DNA from: an uncultured Acidobacteriota bacterium
Lineage (GTDB): Bacteria; Acidobacteriota; Polarisedimenticolia; Polarisedimenticolales; DASRJG01
Assembly (NCBI GenBank): GCA_964511835.1
Contig: CAZEII010000001.1
Location: forward strand, 52,957 to 116,956
DNA: 64,000 nt
Direction of reading: 5' to 3'
The notes beneath the pieces were generated by a model. It was not told where the DNA came from, made no database searches, and saw only the letters and a list, made by a program, of their open reading frames with translations. Of the stretch, positions 1 through 9,180 are shown piece by piece. The translations under genes and the position numbers were made by a program. Within the stretch, counting starts at the first letter, position 1, and each line of letters starts with the position of its first letter.

Positions 1-228
1 GTCGCGCGGTTCCCGGCGTCGGGGTCGGCGCACATCGAGGCCGAGAGCCAGTACGGGCAGGTCGAATGCGAATTCGCGACGATAACTGTGGATTCCGATC
101 GTCGCAAGGCGACCGGCGTCATCGGTCACCCCGGCCCGGCGGTCGTTCACGTCGTGTCCGGCGGCGACGCTCGCTTGCTGGGACCGGAGCAGCCCGCCGC
201 CTCCTCGGCGCCGGACGAAGACCGCTAG
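1..228 (+). CDS. 3' end of an unidentified protein-coding gene (partial, runs off the left edge)
   Basis: Frame +1 is open from base 1 to TAG at 226-228 (..HVVSGGDARLLGPEQPAASSAPDEDR*). Third codon positions are strongly G/C, as in neighbouring real genes. It is absent from the ORF track because it has no in-window start. No family recognised. Confidence 0.4.
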   Translation, partial: VARFPASGSAHIEAESQYGQVECEFATITVDSDRRKATGVIGHPGPAVVHVVSGGDARLLGPEQPAASSAPDEDR

Positions 229-2015
229 GGGGTCGAGCGCCGGTGGGCGTCGATCGACGCCAAGCCACGGCGCGCGGCCTCGGATCGCGGATCGCGCAAC
301 AGCACGTCCCGGAGCTCCCGCTCGGCGTCGTCCCACGCTTCGCGTGCAATGAGCAGCCCCGCGAGATCGAGACGTGCGAGCACGAAGGTGGGGTCGATCT
401 CGACGGCGCTCCGCAGCGCCGCCTCCGCCCCGGCGCGATCCCCCCGCTTCTCGAGGATCGCGCCGAGCTGGGCCAACGCGACCGGCTGTCGCGGCTCGAT
501 GCGCAGCGCGTCGCGAATCTGCTCCTCGGCGCCGGCAAGATCGCCCGCTTTGAGAAGGACCCCCGACAGGTTGATTCGGGTCAGCACGTGATCGGGTGCG
601 AGAGCTGCCGCGCGCTCGAGGCGCGCGCGGGCTTCGTCGAGACGCCCGCGGGCCATGAGCTCGACGGCCAAGTTTCCAAGGACCTTCACGCTCCGCGGCG
701 CGGCGCGCTCGGCAGCTGAGAACAGCGTGAAATCGTCCCGCCATGTGCCGGCCGCGGCGACGGTCCGCGCCAGCGCGGCGATCAGCACCGCGCCGGAGGC
801 GAGGGTGGTGACCTTCGGTCCGCATCGGCGAGCCAGCGGCGCGGCGCACGATGCGAGCAGGAGGCAGAACGCCGTCGAGGGGAGATACGCGAGCCGCTCC
901 GCCATTCCGACGCCGATCGTCACGACGGTGTTCGAGACGATCGAGTACGTCGCGGCGCCGAAGGCGAGCTCCCACGCGACGACTCGGCGGCCGCGCAGGC
1001 ACACGACGAAAAGACAGCCCGCGCCTAGAGCCGCTGCCGCCCCCAAGAGGAGCATCGGATCGGCAAGGGAGGAAACGGGCTCCAGCTCGGCGAAGCCCCA
1101 ATCGGGGGAGAGCCGCACGGGCGCGACGAGCAGCATCACGTACCGGCCGAGGACCGCGAGCGCGCTCAGCAGTCTGGCGGGGAGCGGGAGCCCGACCAAC
1201 GGATTCTCGATGAGGCTGACGGACGCGGCGGGGACCAGAAGCCCGCCGAGCACGATGCGGCGCGCGAGGAGATACACCGTCACGGGCAGCACGGCCGCGG
1301 CGGCACCCGTCGCGAGATCGCGCCCGTTCCGCTTGACGAAGGCGCCGATCGGCACGCCCTCGCCGCGCTGGATGAGGAACTGCCAGGCGACCGCCGCCGC
1401 CGGAAAGGTGACGGCGGTCTCCTTCGAGAGCAAGGCGAGGAGGACGAGACCGCCGGTGAGGACGCGGCCGCCGGCGCTTCGCAGCCTTATGTAAGCGAGG
1501 AGCGCGGAGATGTAGAACAGGGAGCACAGGAGCTCCGCCCGCCCGGTGATGCCCGCGACAGCCTCTGCGTGAACGGGATGCGCAGCAAAGAGCGCCGCGG
1601 CGACCGCGGCGGGGATCAGCGGCATGGCGAGGGCGAGGGCCAGCTCCAGAACGAGGCTGGACACGAGAGCGTGGAGGAAGACGTTCGCCGCGTGGAACGC
1701 GAAGGGCCTCCCGTCGTGGAGCGCGTGCTGCGCGGCGAACGAGAGGATCGTCAACGGCCGGTACAGACCCGTTGCGACCGCCGGGCCGGGCCCCTGGTGA
1801 TAGGGCGTTGTGAAGGCTTCCACAAAGCGATGTTCGCGCACGACCTCCTGGAGCTGGATGACGGTGTCGTCGTCGAACACGAAACCGTCTCCGAGAGTGG
1901 CGAGATACGGGGTCACGGCGATGACGGCGATCGCCGCACGGACGACCAGCCGCGTGCGGCCCGACGCGCGAGGTGGAGAATCCAACGCGACGCAGGTTAC
2001 CATAGTGCGCCTCAT
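225..2015 (-). CDS. TMTC-like GT-C membrane glycosyltransferase (DUF1736/PMT-like polytopic N-domain) with C-terminal TPR repeats, paralog 1
   Basis: Track ORF 225..2117(-). Start placed at Met35 (2015); Met39 at 2003 is equally possible. It has the first-loop motif GDGFVFDDD, then YRPLT, HAANVFLHA, HPVHAEAV and SKE motifs shared with the paralogs at 3630, 5417 and 9176. The last ~170 aa are TPR-like. Confidence 0.8.
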   Translation of the reverse strand: MRRTMVTCVALDSPPRASGRTRLVVRAAIAVIAVTPYLATLGDGFVFDDDTVIQLQEVVREHRFVEAFTTPYHQGPGPAVATGLYRPLTILSFAAQHALHDGRPFAFHAANVFLHALVSSLVLELALALAMPLIPAAVAAALFAAHPVHAEAVAGITGRAELLCSLFYISALLAYIRLRSAGGRVLTGGLVLLALLSKETAVTFPAAAVAWQFLIQRGEGVPIGAFVKRNGRDLATGAAAAVLPVTVYLLARRIVLGGLLVPAASVSLIENPLVGLPLPARLLSALAVLGRYVMLLVAPVRLSPDWGFAELEPVSSLADPMLLLGAAAALGAGCLFVVCLRGRRVVAWELAFGAATYSIVSNTVVTIGVGMAERLAYLPSTAFCLLLASCAAPLARRCGPKVTTLASGAVLIAALARTVAAAGTWRDDFTLFSAAERAAPRSVKVLGNLAVELMARGRLDEARARLERAAALAPDHVLTRINLSGVLLKAGDLAGAEEQIRDALRIEPRQPVALAQLGAILEKRGDRAGAEAALRSAVEIDPTFVLARLDLAGLLIAREAWDDAERELRDVLLRDPRSEAARRGLASIDAHRRSTP

Positions 2016-3633
2016 GATCGAACGCGAAGGAGCGGCGCGCTTCCGGGTGAAAACGGTCTGGCAGACGACCACGCTCTTCTTCCTGGCCGCGTTCGTTCTG
2101 CAGACCGCGGGCAGCATGCGACTGTTCTCCGCGAGCAGCGACGAGACCTCCCACCTCCCCGCGGGCTACACCTACCTCGTGACGGGCGACTTCCGGCTGA
2201 ACCCGCAGCATCCACCCCTCGCGAAACTACTCTCGGCCGCGCCGCTCCTCGCGCTCTCGCCGCGACTCGACCTGACCGATCCTTCGTGGAGCGGGTCCCC
2301 TCCCGACGAGTGGCGGTTCGGGCAACGGTTTCTCTACGCGAACGATGCCGACCGCCTTCTGTTCTGGGGCCGGCTTCCCATGGTCGCGCTCGGCGTCGTG
2401 CTCGGCGTCTATACCTGGCTTTACGCGCGGGACCAGTTCGGCGAGTCCGCCGGCGCGATGGCCGCGCTGCTGTTCGCGCTCTGTCCGACGATCGTGGCGC
2501 ACTCGCACCTGGTCACGATGGACGTGGGCCTCGCGGCGTTCGCGGTCGCGGCGCTCTATCACCTGCGGAGCTACGCGCTGCACGATTCACGCGCGCACCT
2601 GCTCGCCTCCGGGGTCTTCTTCGGGCTCGCCCTGGCGACGAAGTTCTCCGCCGTGGCCCTCGGTCCGCCGATAGTTCTGCTCGTGATGCTCTCCGGGATG
2701 GGATGGGGCGGCCCGCGCGGGAACCCGGCGTCTCCGACCTCGGGGTGGGCGAAAGCGAGTGCTGCGTGCGCCCTTTATCTTGCCACCGCTGCGCTCGTCG
2801 TTTGGGCCCTCTACGCCTTTCCGAGGGACCCGCTCTTTTACTGGCACGGGATGCGCCTCGTGAATCGCGATCACAGCCCGGACGTTCCGGACTATCTTCT
2901 GGGGCAGTTTCGCGTCCACGGCTGGTGTTACTACTTCCCCCTGGCGTTTCTCTTCAAGACCCCTCTTCCGACGATCGGATCCATCGGGCTCGGCGCCTGG
3001 CGCTGGAGACGCTCGCGGCCGGCCGGGCGTCTGGACGGGGCGATCCTCCTCCTGCCCGCCCTGGGATTCACGGTCGCGACCGCGGCGCTCGCCGACAACA
3101 TGGGAGTGCGCTATCTCCTCCCGGTCCACGCGCCGCTCTTCGTTCTCGCCTCCTGCGCGGCGCCCTGGCTGCTTGTCACGTGGCCTGGGCGCGCCGCCGC
3201 GGCGGTCATCGCGACCTGGCTGATCGTCGGCGCGTGGCTGATCTACCCCGACCATCTTGCCTACTTCAACGAAGCGGTCGGCGGGCCCGCACGAGGGCCG
3301 CTTCTCCTCGACGATTCCAACATCGATTGGGGACAAGACCTGAAACGGCTGAAGCGTTTCGTGGATGACCACCGGCTGGCCAGTGTCCGGCTGCTCTATC
3401 CGTGGAACGGCTCGCCGCGCTACTACGGCATCGCCTCCGAGCCGGTCACGCGGGCCGACTGGCTCGAGCGTCCACGTCCCGGAGTCTACGCGATCAGCAC
3501 GATGGCGCTCGTTCGAGGGCGCCTGACGGCGCGGAGCGAGGGGGCTCACAGCGATTGGCTCGACCGGTACCGACCGGTCGATCGCGTCGGCTACTCGTTC
3601 TACATCTACGCGTTCGGGGCCCCGCCGCCATGA
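2014..3633 (+). CDS. Glycosyltransferase family 39 / ArnT-PMT_2-like polyprenyl-phosphate-sugar dependent membrane glycosyltransferase (no TPR)
   Basis: Track ORF 1810..3633. Start moved to ATG 2014 (MIEREGAARFRVKTVWQTTTLFFLAAF.., first TM helix). The loop SDETSHLPAGYTYLVTGDFRLNPQHPPLAKLL is typical of the family, with ~10 further hydrophobic segments. Confidence 0.8.
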   Translation: MIEREGAARFRVKTVWQTTTLFFLAAFVLQTAGSMRLFSASSDETSHLPAGYTYLVTGDFRLNPQHPPLAKLLSAAPLLALSPRLDLTDPSWSGSPPDEWRFGQRFLYANDADRLLFWGRLPMVALGVVLGVYTWLYARDQFGESAGAMAALLFALCPTIVAHSHLVTMDVGLAAFAVAALYHLRSYALHDSRAHLLASGVFFGLALATKFSAVALGPPIVLLVMLSGMGWGGPRGNPASPTSGWAKASAACALYLATAALVVWALYAFPRDPLFYWHGMRLVNRDHSPDVPDYLLGQFRVHGWCYYFPLAFLFKTPLPTIGSIGLGAWRWRRSRPAGRLDGAILLLPALGFTVATAALADNMGVRYLLPVHAPLFVLASCAAPWLLVTWPGRAAAAVIATWLIVGAWLIYPDHLAYFNEAVGGPARGPLLLDDSNIDWGQDLKRLKRFVDDHRLASVRLLYPWNGSPRYYGIASEPVTRADWLERPRPGVYAISTMALVRGRLTARSEGAHSDWLDRYRPVDRVGYSFYIYAFGAPPP

Positions 3634-5417
3634 GCTCGACGCGCCTGCGGCGCTTCCTTCCGACTCTCGCGATCGCTGTCGTCTCAGTCGCCGTCTACCT
3701 TCCGGGTCTCCCGGGAGAGTTCGTCTACGATGACCACCGGCTCATCGCGGATAACGACGGGCTCAAGCGTCCCTTCGATTGGAGGCGCTCCGTTCTCCGC
3801 GACTACTACGCTTCCGACATCGATCGTATCGGCCTCGGTTACTACCGGCCGGTCGCCCTCCTGAGCAACGAGCTCGACTATCGGCGGAGCGGCGGATCGC
3901 CCGCGGCATTCCATGCGACGAACATCGCGATTCACGCCGCCTGCACGATGCTCGTGGCCGCTCTCGCTGCCGGGCTGCTCGGGGTGGGGCCGGCCGCCTG
4001 GTCGGCCGCGCTCCTCTTTGCGGTGACTCCGGTGCACGCTGAAACGGTCGCCTTCATATCGGGGCGCGTCGATTCTTTGGCCGCGCTGTTCGGTCTTCTG
4101 GCGCTCCTGTGCCATCTCGCCGCGAACGCCAGTAAGACACCGGCCGTCTGGCGGGTCGGCGCCGGCGCGGCTTGGCTCCTGTCGCTCGGGTCGAAGGAGA
4201 TGGCGATCACGGTCCCGGTCGTCGCTCTGCTCGTCGAAACTTCCGAGGAGGGATGGCCGGGCGGCCGTCGCATGCTCGAGCGGCTCCCGCGCTACCTGCC
4301 GTACGTCCTCGCCTGGATCGTCTACCTGCCCCTGAGGATGGCGGCGCTGGGCTCGCTGATGCCGCCGAGCGCGCGGGGCGCGTCACTCGCGATCGCGCGG
4401 CCGCCCGTGGTCGTCGGGAGCTACGTCGCGTGGCTGATCGCACCGCCCCCCGGGCTGCACCTCGAGCCCGACCTGGCCGGCGGCGCGCTCGCGGTCGCCG
4501 CCTCGGTGTTGGCGGGGAGCGTGATCGTGGGTGTGGCCGTGCTTTGGAGGCGCGGCCTCAGGATCGAGGGAGCGCTCCTGGGCGCGTGCGTGGTGACGCT
4601 CCTTCCCGTCGCTCAGCTCAAGCCTCTCGAGACGACGCTCTCGGAGCGCTTCCTCTACTTTCCGAGCGCGATGGCGGCGGTGCTGGCGGGGGCGGTCGTT
4701 CGGCGCGCGGGAACGGGGCGACGGCTGGCGATCGCTGGGGCGACCGTGCTGCTGGCGAGCGCGGCGTACGCTTCAATCCTCGTCCCGCGCGCGCGCCTCT
4801 GGCGAGACGAGGTTGCGCTCTGGGAGGCCAAGGACCGAGAGTCCGGGGGATCCCTCAAGGCAAGACTCAATCTCGCACGGGCTTACGCCCATCGCGGAGA
4901 ACGCGAGCGAGCGGTCCGGGCCTACGACGCGGCGACGCGCCTCGCGCCCGAGCTGGCCGAGGGGCTCTCCGCCGAAATCGCAGCCGTGACGTCCGACGTA
5001 GGAAGCGCCGACTACGAGAAGAGCCTCTCGAAGTCACTGGCGGAGCTGCCCAACGACGCCACGCTCTGGAACAACCTGGGTTTCCACCGCTACCGGACTG
5101 GGGATCTGGCCGGAGCTCAAGACGCTTTCGCCCGGGCGACAGAGCTCACCCCGGCGCGCTCGACCGCCTGGCTCGGCCTCGCCTTGACCCATCTCGCCGC
5201 GGGCGAGCTTGCCGAAGCGGACGCTGCCGCCGTCCGGGCGCGGGCCATCTCGCCGGATCTCGGTGAGGCAGCCGCGATCCGGGTCGAGTGCGCGCTCAAA
5301 CTCGGGCGTCCTTGCGATGCGGTCGCCCTCGCCGCGGGCATCGAGCTCTCGGAGCCCGGAGAGCGCGCCGTGCTCGAGCGGATGGTGGCCCGGGCGCGGG
5401 CGTTGTGCGGGCGGTGA
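3630..5417 (+). CDS. TMTC-like GT-C membrane glycosyltransferase with C-terminal TPR repeats, paralog 2
   Basis: Track ORF 3402..5417. Start at ATG 3630 overlaps the upstream stop (ATGA). Motifs PGEFVYDDH, YYRPV, FHATNIAIHA, TPVHAETVA, SKE. The C-terminal third is TPR-like (LNLARAYAHRGERERAVRAYDAATRLAP..). Confidence 0.8.
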   Translation: MSSTRLRRFLPTLAIAVVSVAVYLPGLPGEFVYDDHRLIADNDGLKRPFDWRRSVLRDYYASDIDRIGLGYYRPVALLSNELDYRRSGGSPAAFHATNIAIHAACTMLVAALAAGLLGVGPAAWSAALLFAVTPVHAETVAFISGRVDSLAALFGLLALLCHLAANASKTPAVWRVGAGAAWLLSLGSKEMAITVPVVALLVETSEEGWPGGRRMLERLPRYLPYVLAWIVYLPLRMAALGSLMPPSARGASLAIARPPVVVGSYVAWLIAPPPGLHLEPDLAGGALAVAASVLAGSVIVGVAVLWRRGLRIEGALLGACVVTLLPVAQLKPLETTLSERFLYFPSAMAAVLAGAVVRRAGTGRRLAIAGATVLLASAAYASILVPRARLWRDEVALWEAKDRESGGSLKARLNLARAYAHRGERERAVRAYDAATRLAPELAEGLSAEIAAVTSDVGSADYEKSLSKSLAELPNDATLWNNLGFHRYRTGDLAGAQDAFARATELTPARSTAWLGLALTHLAAGELAEADAAAVRARAISPDLGEAAAIRVECALKLGRPCDAVALAAGIELSEPGERAVLERMVARARALCGR

Positions 5418-7204
5418 TGAGCCGTCCCAAGATCTCGGCTTGGATCGCGCTCTCGCTGTTTGCTGTCACGCTGATCTTGTACGCGCCCGTCGTCCGATTC
5501 GAGTTCATCCGCTACGACGATCCGGGCTACGTGGTTCTGAATCCTCGCGTGTCGACGGGCCTGAGCTGGTCGAACGTGGGCTGGGCCCTCACGGCGTTCG
5601 AGGTGGGCAACTGGCATCCTCTCACTCTGATCTCCCACATGACCGACGTGTCGATCTTCGGTATGCATCCCGGGGCGCATCACGCCGTCAATGCGACGCT
5701 CCATGCAGCCAACGCCGCGCTCCTGTTCTTGTTCTGGAATTTGGCGACGGGAAGGCCGTGGCCAAGCCTCCTCGCCGCGGGCCTATTCGCCGTGCATCCG
5801 CTGAACGTTGAGTCGGTCGCGTGGGTGGCTCAGCGAAAGAGCGTGCTCTGCATGCTCTTCGTAATCGCGAGCCTTCTCGCCTACGCGGGCTGGACGCGAC
5901 ACGCGGGGCCGACGCGTTACGCGCTCGCGTTGGGGTTCTTCGTGGCGGCATTGATGTCGAAGCCGATGGCGGTTTCCATGCCGGCCCTCCTTTTGCTTCT
6001 CGACGTCTGGCCGTTCGCTCGGATGGCGCCGGTGCGGCGACTTCTTCTCGAGAAGGTCCCATTCACCGTCGTCGCGGTGGCCGCGTCGGTTGTCGCATGG
6101 GAGGCTCAGCGCTCGGGCGGCGCGCTCGGGACGTTCCGCGACTATCCAATCGGGGTGCGTGCCGCCGACGCGGTGTTCGCAGGGGGGTGGTACGTGTTTC
6201 GCATGTTATGGCCGCGCAATCTCTCGCTGTTCTACCCGACGACGCTGGGGCCCCACGCGGCAATCGAAGTTGCCGGCTCCCTGCTCCTCATGGCCGCCGT
6301 GACCGCGCTCGTCGCGCTACTCGGCCGCTCGAGGCGATACCTCGTCCTCGGATGGGGCTGGTACCTCGCGGCGCTCGCGCCGGTCCTCGGCCTCGTGCAA
6401 TTCGGAACTCAGATCGTCGCCGATCGATACGCCTACCTCGCCTTGATCGGGCCGTTCGCGGCGATCGCGTTCGGTGTATCCGACATCGTCGCGGACTGGA
6501 CCGAACGGACCCGGCGACTCACTGGCGCCCTGGGCGCCGCGTCGTTCGTCGCCCTCGCGCTCGCGACGGGCACGGCGCTCGCGCCGTGGCGTGATTCGGT
6601 GTCGGTGCTGAGCCGCGGCTACGAACGGGCTCCGGACAACGTTCACGCTCTGACGAATCTTGGGCTCGAATTGGTCGAGCTGAATCGCTTCGAGGAGGGC
6701 ATCACCCTCCTCAGCAAGGCGGCGCGCTCGATCCCGCTCTACAGCACCGTGCACGTGAACCTCGGGTACGCTTATGCGAAGACCGGGCGGCTCCAGGACG
6801 CGCGGGCGGAGTACGAGATCGCCCTGCCGATGCGGCCCGACGATGCGAAGCTCGCGATGGAGCTCGGGCGGGTGCTCGTGCAGCTCGGCGAACGGAACGA
6901 CGCGGAAACGTGGCTTCGCGAATCGCTCGCACGCGATCCCGGGCTTGTGCAAGCATGGCTCTTTCTCGGGACGCTGTTCTACGCCGAGGGGCGGTACGCC
7001 GAAGGGGAACCGGTGTTCGAGCGGGCGGCGGAGCTGGCCCCCGGGGATGCGAGAGCGCTGACCGCGCTCGGCGTCAATCTCGCTGCCCTCGGCCGCCGCG
7101 ACGAGGCGATCGCCGTGCTTCGCAAAGCAACGGCCCTGGACCCGGGATTTGCGCGCGCGCGCACGGAGCTTCAAACTCTCATCGGGTCAGGAGACCCTCC
7201 GTGA
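5417..7204 (+). CDS. TMTC-like GT-C membrane glycosyltransferase with C-terminal TPR repeats, paralog 3
   Basis: Track ORF 5288..7204. Start at ATG 5417 shares its A with the upstream TGA. Motifs FEFIRYDDPGYV, NWHPLT, HHAVNATLHA, HPLNVESVAWV, SKP. There are ~200 aa of clear TPRs at the C-terminus (NLGYAYAKTGRLQDARAEYEIALPMRPDD..). Confidence 0.8.
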   Translation: MSRPKISAWIALSLFAVTLILYAPVVRFEFIRYDDPGYVVLNPRVSTGLSWSNVGWALTAFEVGNWHPLTLISHMTDVSIFGMHPGAHHAVNATLHAANAALLFLFWNLATGRPWPSLLAAGLFAVHPLNVESVAWVAQRKSVLCMLFVIASLLAYAGWTRHAGPTRYALALGFFVAALMSKPMAVSMPALLLLLDVWPFARMAPVRRLLLEKVPFTVVAVAASVVAWEAQRSGGALGTFRDYPIGVRAADAVFAGGWYVFRMLWPRNLSLFYPTTLGPHAAIEVAGSLLLMAAVTALVALLGRSRRYLVLGWGWYLAALAPVLGLVQFGTQIVADRYAYLALIGPFAAIAFGVSDIVADWTERTRRLTGALGAASFVALALATGTALAPWRDSVSVLSRGYERAPDNVHALTNLGLELVELNRFEEGITLLSKAARSIPLYSTVHVNLGYAYAKTGRLQDARAEYEIALPMRPDDAKLAMELGRVLVQLGERNDAETWLRESLARDPGLVQAWLFLGTLFYAEGRYAEGEPVFERAAELAPGDARALTALGVNLAALGRRDEAIAVLRKATALDPGFARARTELQTLIGSGDPP

Positions 7205-8277
7205 CGCGACGGCTCGATCCCGCCGTGGTCTCCCTTGCCGAGGCGCTCGATCGGCGCACGGTCGAAGGGTCGCTCTACGTCAAGCTCCCTGACGAGCGGG
7301 TCAAGTGCTTCGCCTGCGCCCATCGCTGCACGATCCTCCCCGGTCTGGACGGCATCTGCCGCGTGCGATCGAACCGCGGCGGGACGCTCATGGTCCCGCG
7401 AGGGTACGTCGCCGCGCTCCAGGACGATCCGATCGAGAAGAAGCCGTTCTTCCACGCCCTTCCCGGCGCGCGGGCCCTGTCCTTCGGGATGCTCGGCTGC
7501 GACCTTCACTGCTCGTACTGCCAGAATTGGGTGACCTCGCAGGCCCTGAGGGACCCCGCGGCGTTGGCGGGCCCGAGGGACGTCGAGCCGGAGGAGCTCG
7601 TCGCCTTCGCCGCGCGCCACGGCAACGCGGTCATGGTGTCGACCTACAACGAGCCGCTGATCACCGCGGAGTGGGCCGTCGAGGTGTTCGCGGCAGCGAA
7701 AGCCTCGGGCATCGTCTGCGGCTTCGTGTCGAACGGCAACGCGACGCCCGAGGTGCTGGAATTCATCCGCCCCTATGTCAGCCTCTACAAGATCGATCTC
7801 AAGGGGTTCACGGAGAAGCACTACCGGGGGCTCGGCGGAAAGCTCAAGAGCATTCTCGATACGATCGAGCGGGTCCACGCGATGGGTTTCTGGATCGAGA
7901 TCGTGACGCTCCTCATTCCGGGGAGCAATGACGACCCCGGCGAGATGCGCGACCTGACGGGTTTCGTGGCGTCGATCTCGCCCGACATCCCGTGGCACGT
8001 CACCGCGTTTCATGGCGACTACAAGATGTGCGCGACGCGCGACACGACGGCGGACGATCTCCTCCGCGCGGCGGAGATCGGCCGCGAGGCGGGACTGCGG
8101 TACGTTTACGCCGGAAACCTCCCGGGGCAGGTGGGCGATCTCGAGGACACGCGCTGCCCGTCGTGCGGGACTCCGGTGATCGAGCGGCGCGGCTTCCGCG
8201 TCGTCCGGCGCGCGCAGGCCGCCGATGGGTCGTGCCCGGCGTGCGGCACGGCGATCGCGGGATACTGGGCGGCATGA
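7201..8277 (+). CDS. amrS: AmmeMemoRadiSam system radical SAM enzyme (AmrS-type)
   Basis: Track ORF 6910..8277. Start at GTG 7201 (GTGA overlap). It has the N-terminal CxxCxHRC..GxCxxR cluster (CFACAHRCTILPGLDGICRVRSN), the radical SAM motif GCDLHCSYCQNW, and a C-terminal CPSCG..CPACG zinc-ribbon-like pair. Confidence 0.85.
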   Translation: MTRRLDPAVVSLAEALDRRTVEGSLYVKLPDERVKCFACAHRCTILPGLDGICRVRSNRGGTLMVPRGYVAALQDDPIEKKPFFHALPGARALSFGMLGCDLHCSYCQNWVTSQALRDPAALAGPRDVEPEELVAFAARHGNAVMVSTYNEPLITAEWAVEVFAAAKASGIVCGFVSNGNATPEVLEFIRPYVSLYKIDLKGFTEKHYRGLGGKLKSILDTIERVHAMGFWIEIVTLLIPGSNDDPGEMRDLTGFVASISPDIPWHVTAFHGDYKMCATRDTTADDLLRAAEIGREAGLRYVYAGNLPGQVGDLEDTRCPSCGTPVIERRGFRVVRRAQAADGSCPACGTAIAGYWAA

Positions 8278-9107
8278 CCGGTCCGCCCCGCAGCGTTCTC
8301 TATGTCCCGGCGTCGCGGCGGGAGTTCCTCGACAAGATCCCGTCGCTCCCCGCCGATCTGGTGCTCGTCGATCTCGAAGACGGCGTCGCACCCTCTCGCA
8401 AGGAGGAGGCGCGCGAGCACGTCCGCGGCGCGGTGACGTCCGGCCTGTTGGGCCCCGGCGCTCGCTGGATGCTCCGCGTCAACGGAGGCCTCGTAGGACC
8501 GCCCGCGGAGGACTTGAGGCTCATCGGGTTCGCCAAGCCGCCCGTCGTCGTGCTGCCGAAAGCCGAGGACGCCGGGCACGTCCGAACCATCGCGGCGCGC
8601 CTCGCCGAGCACGGCACGGCGGTCGCGCTGATGATCGAGACCGCCGCGGGCGTCGCCGCGGCCATGGATCTCTTGGGGGCTCACGACGGAATCTGCATGG
8701 CGATCCTGGGCTCGGCGGATCTGCAGCTTTCGCTCCGCGCGCGGCCCGACCGCGGACGCCGTTGGGAGCTCCACGCGTTGAGCTCAGTGCTCGTCGCCGC
8801 GCGGCGTCACGGGCGCGCGGCGATCGACTCCATCTACGTCCATTACCGCGACGAGGACGGCTTGCGCGAGCACGCCGCGATCGCCCGTGACCTCGGCTAC
8901 GACGGCAAGAGCTGCATCCACCCGGGACAGATCGCGACAATCCACGACGTCTACCGGAGCACCAAGGCCGAGGTCGCCTGGGCGCGCCGCGTTCTCTCGG
9001 CATGGGCCGACGGTAACGGGAAAACGAACGGCGTCGTCGCCGTCGACGGCGAGATGATCGAATCGCTCCACGTGACCGTCGCCGAGCGCATCCTCGAACG
9101 GCAATAG
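8274..9107 (+). CDS. HpcH/HpaI aldolase / citrate lyase beta subunit (CitE)-like acyl-CoA lyase family protein
   Basis: Track ORF 7992..9107. Start at ATG 8274 (ATGA overlap with amrS stop). The N-terminus SVLYVPASRREFLDKIPSLPADLVLVDLEDGVAPSRKEEAR and the later IHPGQI motif are typical of the CitE/malyl-CoA lyase-like family. Confidence 0.75.
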   Translation: MTGPPRSVLYVPASRREFLDKIPSLPADLVLVDLEDGVAPSRKEEAREHVRGAVTSGLLGPGARWMLRVNGGLVGPPAEDLRLIGFAKPPVVVLPKAEDAGHVRTIAARLAEHGTAVALMIETAAGVAAAMDLLGAHDGICMAILGSADLQLSLRARPDRGRRWELHALSSVLVAARRHGRAAIDSIYVHYRDEDGLREHAAIARDLGYDGKSCIHPGQIATIHDVYRSTKAEVAWARRVLSAWADGNGKTNGVVAVDGEMIESLHVTVAERILERQ

Positions 9108-9180
9108 GGGAGCGGAGAAATTCGGGACATTCTGCTCTTGACCAAAAGCAGAATGTCCCGAATTTCTCCGCTCCCCTATT
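9103..9180. terminator. 34-bp perfect inverted repeat (10-nt spacer) between convergent genes; putative bidirectional terminator / RNA stability hairpin
   Basis: The left arm 9103-9136 (AATAGGGGAGCGGAGAAATTCGGGACATTCTGCT) is the exact reverse complement of 9147-9180. Both arms include the stop codons (TAG 9105-9107 on +, TAG on - at 9176-9178). No U-tract follows on either strand. Confidence 0.65.
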
